DNA of 64,000 nucleotides from contig JAITBP010000005.1 in assembly GCA_031283585.1 (NCBI GenBank), forward strand, positions 15,139-79,138, written 5' to 3'. How positions within the stretch are numbered: position 1 is the first letter of the stretch; every line of letters begins with the position of its first letter. Shown piece after piece: positions 11,233 through 20,837 of the stretch. The position numbers were made by a program, and so were the translations under genes. Below the pieces are notes generated by a model. It saw only the letters and a list, made by a program, of their open reading frames with translations, did not search any database and was not told the DNA's origin. Source of the DNA: Puniceicoccales bacterium. Its GTDB lineage: Bacteria; Verrucomicrobiota; Verrucomicrobiia; Opitutales; LL51.

Positions 11233-12258
11233 ATGGACGGGAATAAACTAGACCATTTTCCAAATTCAGAAATATTTTTTGCAACAGCCAAGAGTCTTGC
11301 AGGCAAAGCCGTCGGAATTGTCGGCCACACACGACCAGATGGCGATTGTATTGGTTCACAGGTGGCTATGGCAGAAATACTAACATCATTTGGAGCCAAT
11401 CCTGTGCTTATAAATGAAACACCAAAAATTTCCGATAATTTGAGACAGTTTCTTGGTAATTACCAGATAAACTCTCCCAAGGACGGCATCGTTGACGAAT
11501 ACATATTTGTGGATTGTGGTACCGTATCTCGAGGTGGTATATTTACTAATAATTTACCAAAAAAGCCGATAATGTCCATCGATCACCATATGGGCAATGA
11601 TCTTTTTGCAGATAATAATTTCGTGTTTAGCCATGCGGTGGCGGCCAGTGAAATCATCGCAGACTATGCCTATCAATCTGGATTCCCAGTCACAAAAGCC
11701 ATGGCCAGGGCACTCTATGTCGGTATCGTAACCGATACAGGGAAATTTAGTTATACGTTTACTGTGGCCAGAACGCTACAGCTTGGCGCACAGCTTATCT
11801 GTGACGGAGCCAACCCCAACGAAATTTTCCGGACAATTTACCAAAACGAATCAAGGGAAAAATTTGCACTGATACAAAGATTCATCCAATCCTTCAGATT
11901 TTTGGCCGACGGCAAGATATGTATAGGTATCATTCGCGACGAAGATTTTCTAACCACCGGCACCACCATGGACGATACGGAAGGCATGGTTAATCTTCCA
12001 CGATCGATCAAGGACGTGGTGATAGCAGTTATCGTGCAAATACTTAATGGTCGCATAAAGATCAGCATGCGTACGGATATTCCGGAAATGAGGCTCGACC
12101 TATTGGCTGCAAAATTTGGCGGCGGTGGTCATGCCTGTGCAGCAACTTTTTCAACCAATGGCGCAGAAAATAAAATCCTGCCGAATCTAATAAATGAATT
12201 GCAAGAACAGCTAAAGTTGTTCACTCAAACCAATAATGGCAGGTCAACAGGAATTTAA
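11233..12258 (+). CDS. DHH/DHHA1 phosphoesterase (NrnA-like oligoribonuclease / pAp phosphatase)
   Basis: Motifs GHTRPDGDCIGS, DHH (IDHHMGN) and GGGHACAA. Confidence 0.75.
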   Translation: MDGNKLDHFPNSEIFFATAKSLAGKAVGIVGHTRPDGDCIGSQVAMAEILTSFGANPVLINETPKISDNLRQFLGNYQINSPKDGIVDEYIFVDCGTVSRGGIFTNNLPKKPIMSIDHHMGNDLFADNNFVFSHAVAASEIIADYAYQSGFPVTKAMARALYVGIVTDTGKFSYTFTVARTLQLGAQLICDGANPNEIFRTIYQNESREKFALIQRFIQSFRFLADGKICIGIIRDEDFLTTGTTMDDTEGMVNLPRSIKDVVIAVIVQILNGRIKISMRTDIPEMRLDLLAAKFGGGGHACAATFSTNGAENKILPNLINELQEQLKLFTQTNNGRSTGI

Positions 12259-12943
12259 TGGGGTATTGCTTGTAGATAAACCTCTAGGATTGACTTCGCA
12301 CGACGTGGTGGATAGGTTGCGTAGGAAGTTGGCTATGAAGAGGATTGGACACGCCGGTACCCTGGATCCCATCGCCACCGGACTTCTGGTGATACTGCTC
12401 GGCACAGCGACAAAAATTTCCCAACTCATCACAAATTGCGACAAAACCTATCTGGGAGAAATGCTCCTCGGCGTAACCACCGATACCCAGGATGCCCAGG
12501 GAACCATAATTGGGACAAAAGATGTGCCGGAATTACCCCTGAAAGACCTGGAAATGGCAATGCATGCCTTTCTCGGCGAACAACATCAGATACCACCCAT
12601 GTTTTCTGCAAAAAAAATAAACGGCACGCCACTGTACAAATTAGCCAGAAAAGGCCAACAGGTCGAAAGAAGCCCAAGACTAGTCAACGTATCAGAATTT
12701 GATCTGGTAACCTTCACACCGCCCCGGGTAGGATTCAGGTTGTCATGCTCGAAGGGTACCTATGTCAGAACAATTCTCAACGATGTGGGCCAACTCCTTG
12801 GTTATGGGGCACATATGACCAAGCTTACCAGAACCCGTGTCGGCACTTTGACTCTAGAAAATGCCACCAATCTCGATGATATCATGGCAATGCCATCCGA
12901 GGAAATAGCGAAGTTAATCCTAGCCGTAACCAATGTAGTATGA
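12236..12943 (+). CDS. truB: tRNA pseudouridine(55) synthase TruB
   Basis: GVLLVDKPLGLTSHDVV and GHAGTLDP (catalytic Asp) motifs. Overlaps the preceding gene. Confidence 0.9.
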   Translation: MAGQQEFNGVLLVDKPLGLTSHDVVDRLRRKLAMKRIGHAGTLDPIATGLLVILLGTATKISQLITNCDKTYLGEMLLGVTTDTQDAQGTIIGTKDVPELPLKDLEMAMHAFLGEQHQIPPMFSAKKINGTPLYKLARKGQQVERSPRLVNVSEFDLVTFTPPRVGFRLSCSKGTYVRTILNDVGQLLGYGAHMTKLTRTRVGTLTLENATNLDDIMAMPSEEIAKLILAVTNVV

Positions 12944-12953
12944 GGCAGTTATC

Positions 12954-13850
12954 GTGTTATTTTTAAAAACAGTTGCCAGAGATATAATTCCGATTCCAGA
13001 AACCGTCTCCCTGGTGTTGGCCATAGGCATATTTGATGGCGTACACCTTGGCCACGAACGAGTTATACAAAAAGCAACGGAGATTGCCAGATCCATTGGT
13101 GGGAAAACCGTGGTATACACATTTTCACCTCATCCAACGGCAATCCTTGGCAATCGCAAAAACCTCATACTAACATCTGAACAGAAGTTCATGCGGCTGA
13201 ATAGGTTAAACGTCGACTATCTGGTCGAACAACATTTTGACAAAGACTTTGCTAGTTTAAACCCCGAGGACTTCATGGATACACTGAAACACAAATTTAA
13301 GACAATAAACACGATATGTATCGGCCAAAATTTCAGATTCGGCAGTGGTAGAATCGGAGACGCCTCCTATCTCAGATCGATCTCACCTGGGTTCGGAATA
13401 AAAACAACTGTCATTCAATCACTTATGGCCAACGACACCATAATTAGCAGCACAAGAATACGACAGGAACTGGTCAACGGGAACCTGACCATGGCCAATT
13501 CCATGCTCGGCTATAATTATTATTGCAGCTGCAGCTTCGAAGGCAAAATCCAGCTAAATGATATTCAAATATTGACATTTAGCGTACAAAATGAACAACA
13601 GATAGGCAGCGGCGTATATTCGGTAAACGTATTGAGCGCCAACAAGATATGTCATGGTGTCGCCGACTATTTACACCGGTCTCAGCCAGGGAAGCTCAGT
13701 CTTCATCTCCTTGGAAATCAACCAAAACCGAGCGACAACGTGACCATAGAATTTCTCTCTCTGATCAGGGAAAGAATGACGTTTTCAACGGACAGTGAGC
13801 GCGTGGCACAGATAAAAAAAGACATCGAGGCAACTGAAAAATTGACCTAG
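12954..13850 (+). CDS. ribF: RibF-type FMN adenylyltransferase with a divergent riboflavin-kinase-like C-terminal half
   Basis: GTG start. The N-terminal half has GIFDGVHLGH and ISSTRIR. The C-terminal half aligns with the kinase module but lacks GFPTAN and the LEVHL Glu (see finding). Confidence 0.8.
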   Translation: MLFLKTVARDIIPIPETVSLVLAIGIFDGVHLGHERVIQKATEIARSIGGKTVVYTFSPHPTAILGNRKNLILTSEQKFMRLNRLNVDYLVEQHFDKDFASLNPEDFMDTLKHKFKTINTICIGQNFRFGSGRIGDASYLRSISPGFGIKTTVIQSLMANDTIISSTRIRQELVNGNLTMANSMLGYNYYCSCSFEGKIQLNDIQILTFSVQNEQQIGSGVYSVNVLSANKICHGVADYLHRSQPGKLSLHLLGNQPKPSDNVTIEFLSLIRERMTFSTDSERVAQIKKDIEATEKLT

Positions 13851-13864
13851 AACCATCGATTTTC

Positions 13865-15931
13865 ATGGCAATAGACTTCCAAAAAGAATTGAATGAACAG
13901 CAGTATTTTGCCGTTACCTCCCGGTCAAAATCCACGTTGATTCTCGCCGGAGCTGGCACTGGCAAAACCAGAACTCTCACATACAGAGTGGCTTGGCTAC
14001 TGGAACACGGCATACCACCGGATAACATTTTACTATTGACATTTACAAATAAAGCCGCCAAAGAAATGCTGGCCAGGGTTGAGTCGATCACCGGGTTCGC
14101 CAGCGACAATTTTTACGGTGGCACGTTCCATCACCTGGGACAAAAAATCCTACGAAGACATTCGGATAGACTTGGAATATCACCAAATTTCGCTATTTTG
14201 GACGAGAGCGATTCGCTGTCGCTGTTCTCGGAATGCGTCAAAGAAACTGATCGCGAATTTCTTAAAAATAAAAGCAATCCAAGCCCAAGACTAATGCTCG
14301 AAATTCTAAGTTACTCAATCAACACCTTAGGTTCGATAGCCCAGGTTGTGGAACAAAAGTACCCCTATTTTGATCACCTAACTGCCGTTATAACAGAGGT
14401 TTCCAGTGCATATCAGAAAAAAAAATCCGAACAAAACGTGTTGGACTACGACGATCTGCTACGGCATTTCCTGAATTTACTACGAAAAAATGATGACATT
14501 TTGTCATTCTATAGTCATAGGTTCAGCAATATTCTAGTAGATGAATACCAGGACACAAACGAGATTCAAATGCAGATCATAGATACATTAGCCCTTGATC
14601 ATCAAATATTTGCAGTCGGTGACGATGCCCAGTGCATATACACCTGGCGTGGAGCAAATATAAAAAATATCCTGGAATTTGCTGATCGTCACCCGGATAC
14701 AAACATCTTGAAAATTGAAAAAAATTACCGAAGCACACCACAGATCCTATTGCTAGCCAACGAAATACATGTTTCTGAAAGAACCGGCTATGGGAAAACA
14801 CTCACAGCCGCAAGGCCCAAAGGCAAATTGCCATTTCTTGTAAAAATACCCGATGCAAGACAACAGGCAAACTTCATAATAAAACGCATAAGTGGATTAA
14901 AACAAGAGGGTTATAAGCTGAGCGACCTGGCCGTGATCTACAGAGCCCACTACCACTCCATGGAACTCCAGATGGAACTGACCAGATACGGCATCCCCTA
15001 TAATATTACCAGCGGCATCAGATTTTTCGAGCAAATACATATAAAAGACATGCTCGCGCTGCTCAGATTCGCTAACAACCCTGCGGATTCTCGGGCATTT
15101 GTGAAAATTTTGTGCCGACTTCCAAAATTTGGCGAAAAAACTGCAGAAAAATTGTTTAATTGGTTGCATTCCTACGCGAATTTAAATAATAGACACCCCG
15201 TCAATTGCCTAGAAGATAAGCCACTGGTGGCAAAAATTCCAACCGCCGCACTGGAGTACTGGTGGCCGCTGGCACGCAGCCTAAAAAAAATCCATGCTGG
15301 TATCAAATATCTGAATGCTGATAAGGATAATTCCGAAGTAACCGATCTGTTCGAGTATGCAGCTCAAAGAGATACAACACAAATACTGGCAAATTCCGTC
15401 GGTGATCTCATAACCCTGGCCCTGGACGAGGAATATCTTTCGTATTTGCAGAAAAATTTTAACAACAGCGGCTCGCGGCAAGATGACCTGGAATCGTTTG
15501 CAAATTTCGCGCGCAAATTCAATGATACAACGACTTTTCTCAATCAAATTGCGCTCATGCAATCGGAAACAACCGAAATAAACAGTGCCTCGAACGAGGA
15601 TCAGCTGCGATTGACCACCGTCCACCAAGCCAAAGGGTTAGAGTTTCCGGTGGTTTTCATTATCAGCTTGACTGAAAACAACTTCCCACTCAAGCGCGCC
15701 ATCGACGAAGGAAATGTTACCGAAGAACGTAGGCTATTCTATGTGGCAGTAACCAGAGCTAAGGATGAGCTGTACATGTGCTATCCATATCAATCACAAC
15801 AAGTTAACAAAAATATAATGTTCGCATTGCCTCTGCAAAAAAGCAGATTTATCGACGAAATATCTGAAAACCTTTACGAAACCATTTCGTTCGGAATGAA
15901 TCGACCCATAAGCTTTCGCAGGCCATATTAA
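13865..15931 (+). CDS. UvrD/PcrA/Rep-family ATP-dependent DNA helicase
   Basis: Walker A AGAGTGKT, VDEYQDTN, TVHQAKGLEF and VAVTRAK motifs. Confidence 0.85.
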   Translation: MAIDFQKELNEQQYFAVTSRSKSTLILAGAGTGKTRTLTYRVAWLLEHGIPPDNILLLTFTNKAAKEMLARVESITGFASDNFYGGTFHHLGQKILRRHSDRLGISPNFAILDESDSLSLFSECVKETDREFLKNKSNPSPRLMLEILSYSINTLGSIAQVVEQKYPYFDHLTAVITEVSSAYQKKKSEQNVLDYDDLLRHFLNLLRKNDDILSFYSHRFSNILVDEYQDTNEIQMQIIDTLALDHQIFAVGDDAQCIYTWRGANIKNILEFADRHPDTNILKIEKNYRSTPQILLLANEIHVSERTGYGKTLTAARPKGKLPFLVKIPDARQQANFIIKRISGLKQEGYKLSDLAVIYRAHYHSMELQMELTRYGIPYNITSGIRFFEQIHIKDMLALLRFANNPADSRAFVKILCRLPKFGEKTAEKLFNWLHSYANLNNRHPVNCLEDKPLVAKIPTAALEYWWPLARSLKKIHAGIKYLNADKDNSEVTDLFEYAAQRDTTQILANSVGDLITLALDEEYLSYLQKNFNNSGSRQDDLESFANFARKFNDTTTFLNQIALMQSETTEINSASNEDQLRLTTVHQAKGLEFPVVFIISLTENNFPLKRAIDEGNVTEERRLFYVAVTRAKDELYMCYPYQSQQVNKNIMFALPLQKSRFIDEISENLYETISFGMNRPISFRRPY

Positions 15932-15938
15932 CACGTAA

Positions 15939-17414
15939 CTATATCTCATTCAAGGCGTTAACAGCAACCTCCAGGTCATCAAAATGGATTTTTTTATCAA
16001 AAAACTGCTGAAATTTTTCATGCCCTTTGCCGGCTATCAGAACCGTATCACCTTCCACAGCAACACTAATAGCCTGGTATATTGCCTCGGCCCTGGACTC
16101 GATAAAGAGCACCCGTTCCAGATCCCGGACGCCATTTTTCATGTCAAAAAAAATATCAGAAATGGCTTCATTCCTCGGATTATCTGAGGTTGCAATCACC
16201 ACATCTCCAAGCTTCAACGCAGCGCTGGTCATCTTTGGCCGCTTGCACCTATCACGGCCACCGCCACAGCCAAAAACAACTATTAACCTATTCCTAGTCA
16301 ATGGCTTCAAAGTCGACAACACATTGACCAACGCATCTTCGGTGTGCGCATAATCGATGAAAACCGAAATCCCAATATTGCTATGGACTCTTTGCAGTCT
16401 GCCCGGGATACCGGGAAAATTTCTAATTTTTTCAACAAGATAAGCGATATTATTTTCATCACCCATGGCAGCTATAGCCGCTAACGCATTCAGGACGTTA
16501 TGCTTACCGATCAACGGCAGTTCACAGTGATAGGATTTACCAAAAGCGTTAAGAGTAAATGACGTTGAGTCCAGGGTGCTAAAAACTTCAACCGCCTGAA
16601 AATCAGCTGGATAAGTCATTCCATAGCTAACAACACCGCGATTATCTAGTCTTCTAAGTTCTTTAATGTTTCTAAGCTTTTTTGCCAAAATTTTGCCAAA
16701 ACTGTCATCAACATTTACCACGGCCAGGTCAGGCCTGGAACCATTCGCACCAGAAAACAGTATCTCCTTAGCTTGGAAGTAGTTATCGATGCCACCATGG
16801 TACTCCAAATGGTCATCCGTTAAATTACTAAATATTGCTCTGTCCACAGCCAATCCATAGGTCCTTTTCTGATGCAACCCATGAGAACTTGCTTCCATCG
16901 CAACAACTTCGCAACCATTACGCCCAGCACAATCAAGCAAACCAAACAGACCGATGGAGCCAGGCGTAGTGTTCGACGCCACCATTTCCTCAGCACCAAC
17001 CTTATAGCCAACGGTCCCAAGAATGGCCGTTTTCCTATCTTCCAAATGTTCGATGAGATAGGTAATAGAAGTCTTTCCATTAGTGCCTGTTACGCAATAG
17101 ATGTACAGAAATTCATCCGGCGCACCAAAGAACCTTTTCGCCACCACGGCCATGCTAGTTCTAATATCATCAACCAGCACAAATGTAATTCCATCTACTT
17201 GACAATAAAGATGTTCCGTTACAATTACAACACATCCACGATCTATAACATCAGGAATAAATGAATTTCCATCCAAGTTGGTTCCAGCCACAGCAAAAAA
17301 CGCACTTGTTCTGGTCACAGACCGGCTGTCATCGCTGAGGTTATCAATATAAACCTCGGAATTCCCCAAGAACTTACATTTCAACCCAAAAAATAATTCA
17401 GAAATCTTTCTCAT
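15939..17414 (-). CDS. murE: UDP-N-acetylmuramoyl-L-alanyl-D-glutamate--2,6-diaminopimelate ligase
   Basis: VTGTNGKTS P-loop and DNPR motif (TSDNPRNE). The start is set at the internal ATG (MRKISELFF), which matches known MurE N-termini. The ORF track extends to 17471. Confidence 0.9.
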   Translation of the reverse strand: MRKISELFFGLKCKFLGNSEVYIDNLSDDSRSVTRTSAFFAVAGTNLDGNSFIPDVIDRGCVVIVTEHLYCQVDGITFVLVDDIRTSMAVVAKRFFGAPDEFLYIYCVTGTNGKTSITYLIEHLEDRKTAILGTVGYKVGAEEMVASNTTPGSIGLFGLLDCAGRNGCEVVAMEASSHGLHQKRTYGLAVDRAIFSNLTDDHLEYHGGIDNYFQAKEILFSGANGSRPDLAVVNVDDSFGKILAKKLRNIKELRRLDNRGVVSYGMTYPADFQAVEVFSTLDSTSFTLNAFGKSYHCELPLIGKHNVLNALAAIAAMGDENNIAYLVEKIRNFPGIPGRLQRVHSNIGISVFIDYAHTEDALVNVLSTLKPLTRNRLIVVFGCGGGRDRCKRPKMTSAALKLGDVVIATSDNPRNEAISDIFFDMKNGVRDLERVLFIESRAEAIYQAISVAVEGDTVLIAGKGHEKFQQFFDKKIHFDDLEVAVNALNEI

Positions 17415-17524
17415 TCTGCCGTAAAGCGTTGTTACGAAGAAAAATTTAGCCGTTTGGCCACATAAATCCAATCAAATTGACTTTACTTTCAAAATTTTTA
17501 GGATTAGCAAGAGAGTAAACAGCA

Positions 17525-18373
17525 ATGAGCAATTGGTTCATACTTAACACCAGAAAAAGTGCCACAACATGGCTATTTATTGCCATCGCCTGCTGCTATC
17601 TGATCCAAACCATCTCAAAATTATTGTTTGGATCAACAATTTTTTTCAAAGAACTTTCATTGTCCGTGGCCAGCATAAAGGAATGGAATTTGTCCCCACT
17701 ATTAACCTATCCATTTCTACATGAAGGACTTTTGAGTTTATTTTTCAACACCATCGCCCTATTATTACTTGGCAGGGCAATAGAAGGCCAATTTGGACCA
17801 AAACGCCTTCTTGCTGTGTTCTTTACATCATCCATCTGCGGCGGATTGGCCTGGCTTTGCCTGCATTGGCGCGACAGCTGGTTCCTTTCCGGCTCTCTGG
17901 TAGCTTGCCTTGGACTGCTAAGCTATTTTTGCTCCAGGAACGCAAATAAACAGGCCACATTTTTCCTCTTTTTTGTGTTGCCTATTTCACTTAAGCCGAA
18001 GCACTTATTGATCGGATTGCTGGGGATAGAAATCCTCTGCATGCTAATCGGGGAAATACTAAACCACAGACCAGTCACTAACTCAGCCAACCTCGGCGGT
18101 ATGATCGGAGGCATGCTGTGTTACCTCTGGTTCGATGGCGAATCTAAATTCACACAAGCCATTGAGAAACAAATAGTTAGAATCATGAAGAAGCAGCCAA
18201 AAGGGACCGTAGCAATGCAAAACGACAACTACAATGTGTACATAACTAGCCAAAGTGCACAGAAAAGTGAAATCGATAGAATTTTGGACAAAATCAACGA
18301 ATCGGGTTTCGAATCGCTGTCAAATGAAGAACGCAATACCCTGAACTCTGCCAAACAAGTTATGCGCAAATAA
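17525..18373 (+). CDS. rhomboid-family membrane protein, probably catalytically inactive
   Basis: Rhomboid core FLHEG..SLFFN....G..IE...G and LSG are present, but AHxGG reads ANLGG. C-terminal IDRILDKINESGFESLSNEE tail. Confidence 0.7.
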   Translation: MSNWFILNTRKSATTWLFIAIACCYLIQTISKLLFGSTIFFKELSLSVASIKEWNLSPLLTYPFLHEGLLSLFFNTIALLLLGRAIEGQFGPKRLLAVFFTSSICGGLAWLCLHWRDSWFLSGSLVACLGLLSYFCSRNANKQATFFLFFVLPISLKPKHLLIGLLGIEILCMLIGEILNHRPVTNSANLGGMIGGMLCYLWFDGESKFTQAIEKQIVRIMKKQPKGTVAMQNDNYNVYITSQSAQKSEIDRILDKINESGFESLSNEERNTLNSAKQVMRK

Positions 18374-18400
18374 TCACACATAACTACATGATCAACAACA

Positions 18401-19525
18401 TCATAGCATGTCAATAAACTCGGCAACAGCTCCGGTCCCGCCAAACATCTTGAGCTCAATGATACCAGCGCAATTTTTCACCAATGGTACGGCATTTTGT
18501 GGACAGGCAGCGATCCCATTTTGCTCTATAACATGCTCCAGCGCACCAAGATCGTTTATATCGTCACCCATATAGGCAAATTCACCCAGTTGAATACCAT
18601 TTTCTTTGCATAACTCATTGATAATGTGGACCTTCCGATCATCCACATCGGCATACACAATCGAATCCCTAAGACCGATATACCTCGCAAACCTCTCGGC
18701 AATACAGCCGGGGTCGCCGGTTATGAAGAATATCAAATTACCATCGTTTACCCAGCGGATAATTGCCTCTATGTCTTTGGTGCAAAACCGCTTATATTCT
18801 ATACCAGCCACTGACAAAATCCTCATAGCGTCGGTGCAAGTGCCATCCACGTCCAACGCCAAGGCCTTTATAGTCCGCCTTTTAGACTTTATCTCCGGGC
18901 CTGTTTCATCCTTCCACCTCCTGGTCCTGTCGTAAAACTTCTGGACCTGGCTCGTCCCATCCAGGTACTCGTTGGTAAAATCCCGAACCACTCCATGGCT
19001 GGGATTTCGTATCTCAACTAGTTCGCAATCAGCATAATCCACATATCTCGACACATCTCTGGAAATCACAATTCCGATGTTATTGAACAACCAAAACTCA
19101 TTTTCCAAATAATCATCCACACATATTATGTCCGACGGCTTTATAGAAAACTTATCACATAATCTCCTCAATAACAGAGACTTATCTTTCATACCCAGAA
19201 AGCAATTACCCGAGGCTATGGCCACACTCCGCCGTCGCAAAACATCGCCAAACTCATCCGAACTAGAACTAAGAACCACATTCATGGCAAAAATGTTCCC
19301 AAATAACATTTTCATACTAAACCCATCATAGGTGTTGAAACACAGCAGGGTATCGTTACTAACATCTTCAATATCAGAGACATAGATATAATCCCCGATA
19401 ATCCTGCTGTGCCAAGGAAGTTTGACAATATTGGCCGCATCGTAGACTACGCCGTCGCCGACGACCACTAACTTTTTAGATATAATATCCGCCGAGTTCA
19501 TAAAACCTGCCTCACAACTCGCCAA
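18401..19525 (-). CDS. tandem KdsC-like HAD phosphatase (degenerate N-terminal half, intact C-terminal half)
   Basis: The C-terminal half has LALDVDGT...GDDINDL...GGTGAVAEF, like KDO-8-phosphate phosphatase. The N-terminal half is a KdsC-like repeat with VVVGDGV in place of DVDG. It lies downstream of lptCAB. Confidence 0.6.
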   Translation of the reverse strand: MASCEAGFMNSADIISKKLVVVGDGVVYDAANIVKLPWHSRIIGDYIYVSDIEDVSNDTLLCFNTYDGFSMKMLFGNIFAMNVVLSSSSDEFGDVLRRRSVAIASGNCFLGMKDKSLLLRRLCDKFSIKPSDIICVDDYLENEFWLFNNIGIVISRDVSRYVDYADCELVEIRNPSHGVVRDFTNEYLDGTSQVQKFYDRTRRWKDETGPEIKSKRRTIKALALDVDGTCTDAMRILSVAGIEYKRFCTKDIEAIIRWVNDGNLIFFITGDPGCIAERFARYIGLRDSIVYADVDDRKVHIINELCKENGIQLGEFAYMGDDINDLGALEHVIEQNGIAACPQNAVPLVKNCAGIIELKMFGGTGAVAEFIDML

Positions 19526-19528
19526 TTC

Positions 19529-20257
19529 TCACATTTTAAAATTTTCGCCAAGATAGAGCCTCCGGCTATCGGCATCGGTCAAAAGCTTGTCGCGCTCCCC
19601 CTCACATAACACCTTGCCGTCGTAAACAAGATAGGCACGATCCACAATCGCAAGGGTTTCGCGAACATTATGATCCGTTATCAGCACGCCAACGCCGCGT
19701 TTTTTGAGAGCCAAAATTATGTCTTGCACCTCGGTAACACTTATCGGATCAACACCACTAAATGGCTCATCAAGAAGTAGAAATCGTGGTTTTGTGACCA
19801 AAGCTCTGGCGATTTCCAGCCTCCTCCGTTCGCCACCGCTCAATGTATAGGCTTTCTGTTTTGCAAGTTGCGCTATGCCAAAGTCCTTCAGCAAACAAAA
19901 CAGCCTGTCATCAATCTCGTTTCTCTTCACACTGGTAAACTCCATCACAATCCTGATGTTATCAGCCACAGTCAATTTGCCAAAAACAGAAGGTTCCTGG
20001 GGCAGATAGCCTACTCCTAACCTGGCCCTACTGTGCACCGGCAGTTTACTTATCTCTTTCTCATCTAACAATATACTGCCACTTGTAACGCTCACCAGCC
20101 CAACGATCATATAGAACGTCGTCGTCTTTCCAGCACCATTAGGCCCTAACAATCCAACAATCTCGCCTTCCTGAACAAGCAAATCTATGCCGCAAACCAC
20201 CGAACGGCCACCATAATTTTTAGCTATCGATACCGTCTGTAACATTTTGTTTTGCAT
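19529..20257 (-). CDS. lptB: LPS export ABC transporter ATP-binding protein LptB
   Basis: GLLGPNGAGKTTT, LSGGERRRLEIARAL. The start is at ATG 20257 or 20245. The longer ORF in the track overlaps lptA and is unlikely. Confidence 0.9.
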   Translation of the reverse strand: MQNKMLQTVSIAKNYGGRSVVCGIDLLVQEGEIVGLLGPNGAGKTTTFYMIVGLVSVTSGSILLDEKEISKLPVHSRARLGVGYLPQEPSVFGKLTVADNIRIVMEFTSVKRNEIDDRLFCLLKDFGIAQLAKQKAYTLSGGERRRLEIARALVTKPRFLLLDEPFSGVDPISVTEVQDIILALKKRGVGVLITDHNVRETLAIVDRAYLVYDGKVLCEGERDKLLTDADSRRLYLGENFKM

Positions 20258-20837
20258 CACTTTTTGGGGCCACTTCCGAATCGCCAGGCCCATTGTTGTT
20301 GATCTGAACCAGCACCTGCCTGGGCTCGGTGCCGATAATATCAACGGATTTCTCCCGATAATTTATATTCATATCGCCACAAACTACACCAACCTTGTCG
20401 GAAACCTTGGCATTACCAGTCAAAAAAATCACACAGGTATCGGTATCCACTTCAATCCTGTCCGCAACCCCACGCCTTTCACCCTGCTGAATCGTCGCAT
20501 TACCTTCTGCCACAATGGTTTTTATTGCGTCAAAACTCGGTGAACTCTCCAAGCTTTTCTGATCCTTTGGCGGTTTTGCAATCACAATAACCCTATCGGC
20601 ACTGGCCTGAAATTCGGTATTTTTTATTTTAACATTACCGGAAAATTTAAACTCCATATGATTGCCCTTCGGTGAAATTTCAAGTCTGTCACTGGATATT
20701 TCACTAAAAACATCACCGGCCATCAAATTATCCGCCGACAAAACCATGGACAAAAACGCAAAGGACGCAAAAGACATAAAAGGTATAAAAGACATAAAAG
20801 ACATAAAAAACATAGTTGTGCGTTTATAAAATTTCAT
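20220..20837 (-). CDS. lptA: LptA/OstA-family periplasmic LPS transport protein
   Basis: OstA-like beta-jellyroll repeats (GNVKIKNTEFQASADRVIV, AEGNATIQQGERRGVADRIEVD, LTGNAKVSD). Start at MKFYKR, with a long repeat-containing signal peptide. Its ATG overlaps the lptC stop. Confidence 0.7.
   Translation of the reverse strand: MKFYKRTTMFFMSFMSFIPFMSFASFAFLSMVLSADNLMAGDVFSEISSDRLEISPKGNHMEFKFSGNVKIKNTEFQASADRVIVIAKPPKDQKSLESSPSFDAIKTIVAEGNATIQQGERRGVADRIEVDTDTCVIFLTGNAKVSDKVGVVCGDMNINYREKSVDIIGTEPRQVLVQINNNGPGDSEVAPKSDAKQNVTDGIDS
20752..20814. repeat. 9-bp tandem repeat (AAAGACATA-like, about 7 units) in the lptA signal-peptide coding region
   Basis: aaaaacgca aaggacgca aaagacata aaaggtata aaagacata aaagacata aaaaacata, encoding MFFMSFMSFIPFMSFASFAF on the minus strand. 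Confidence 0.85.
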
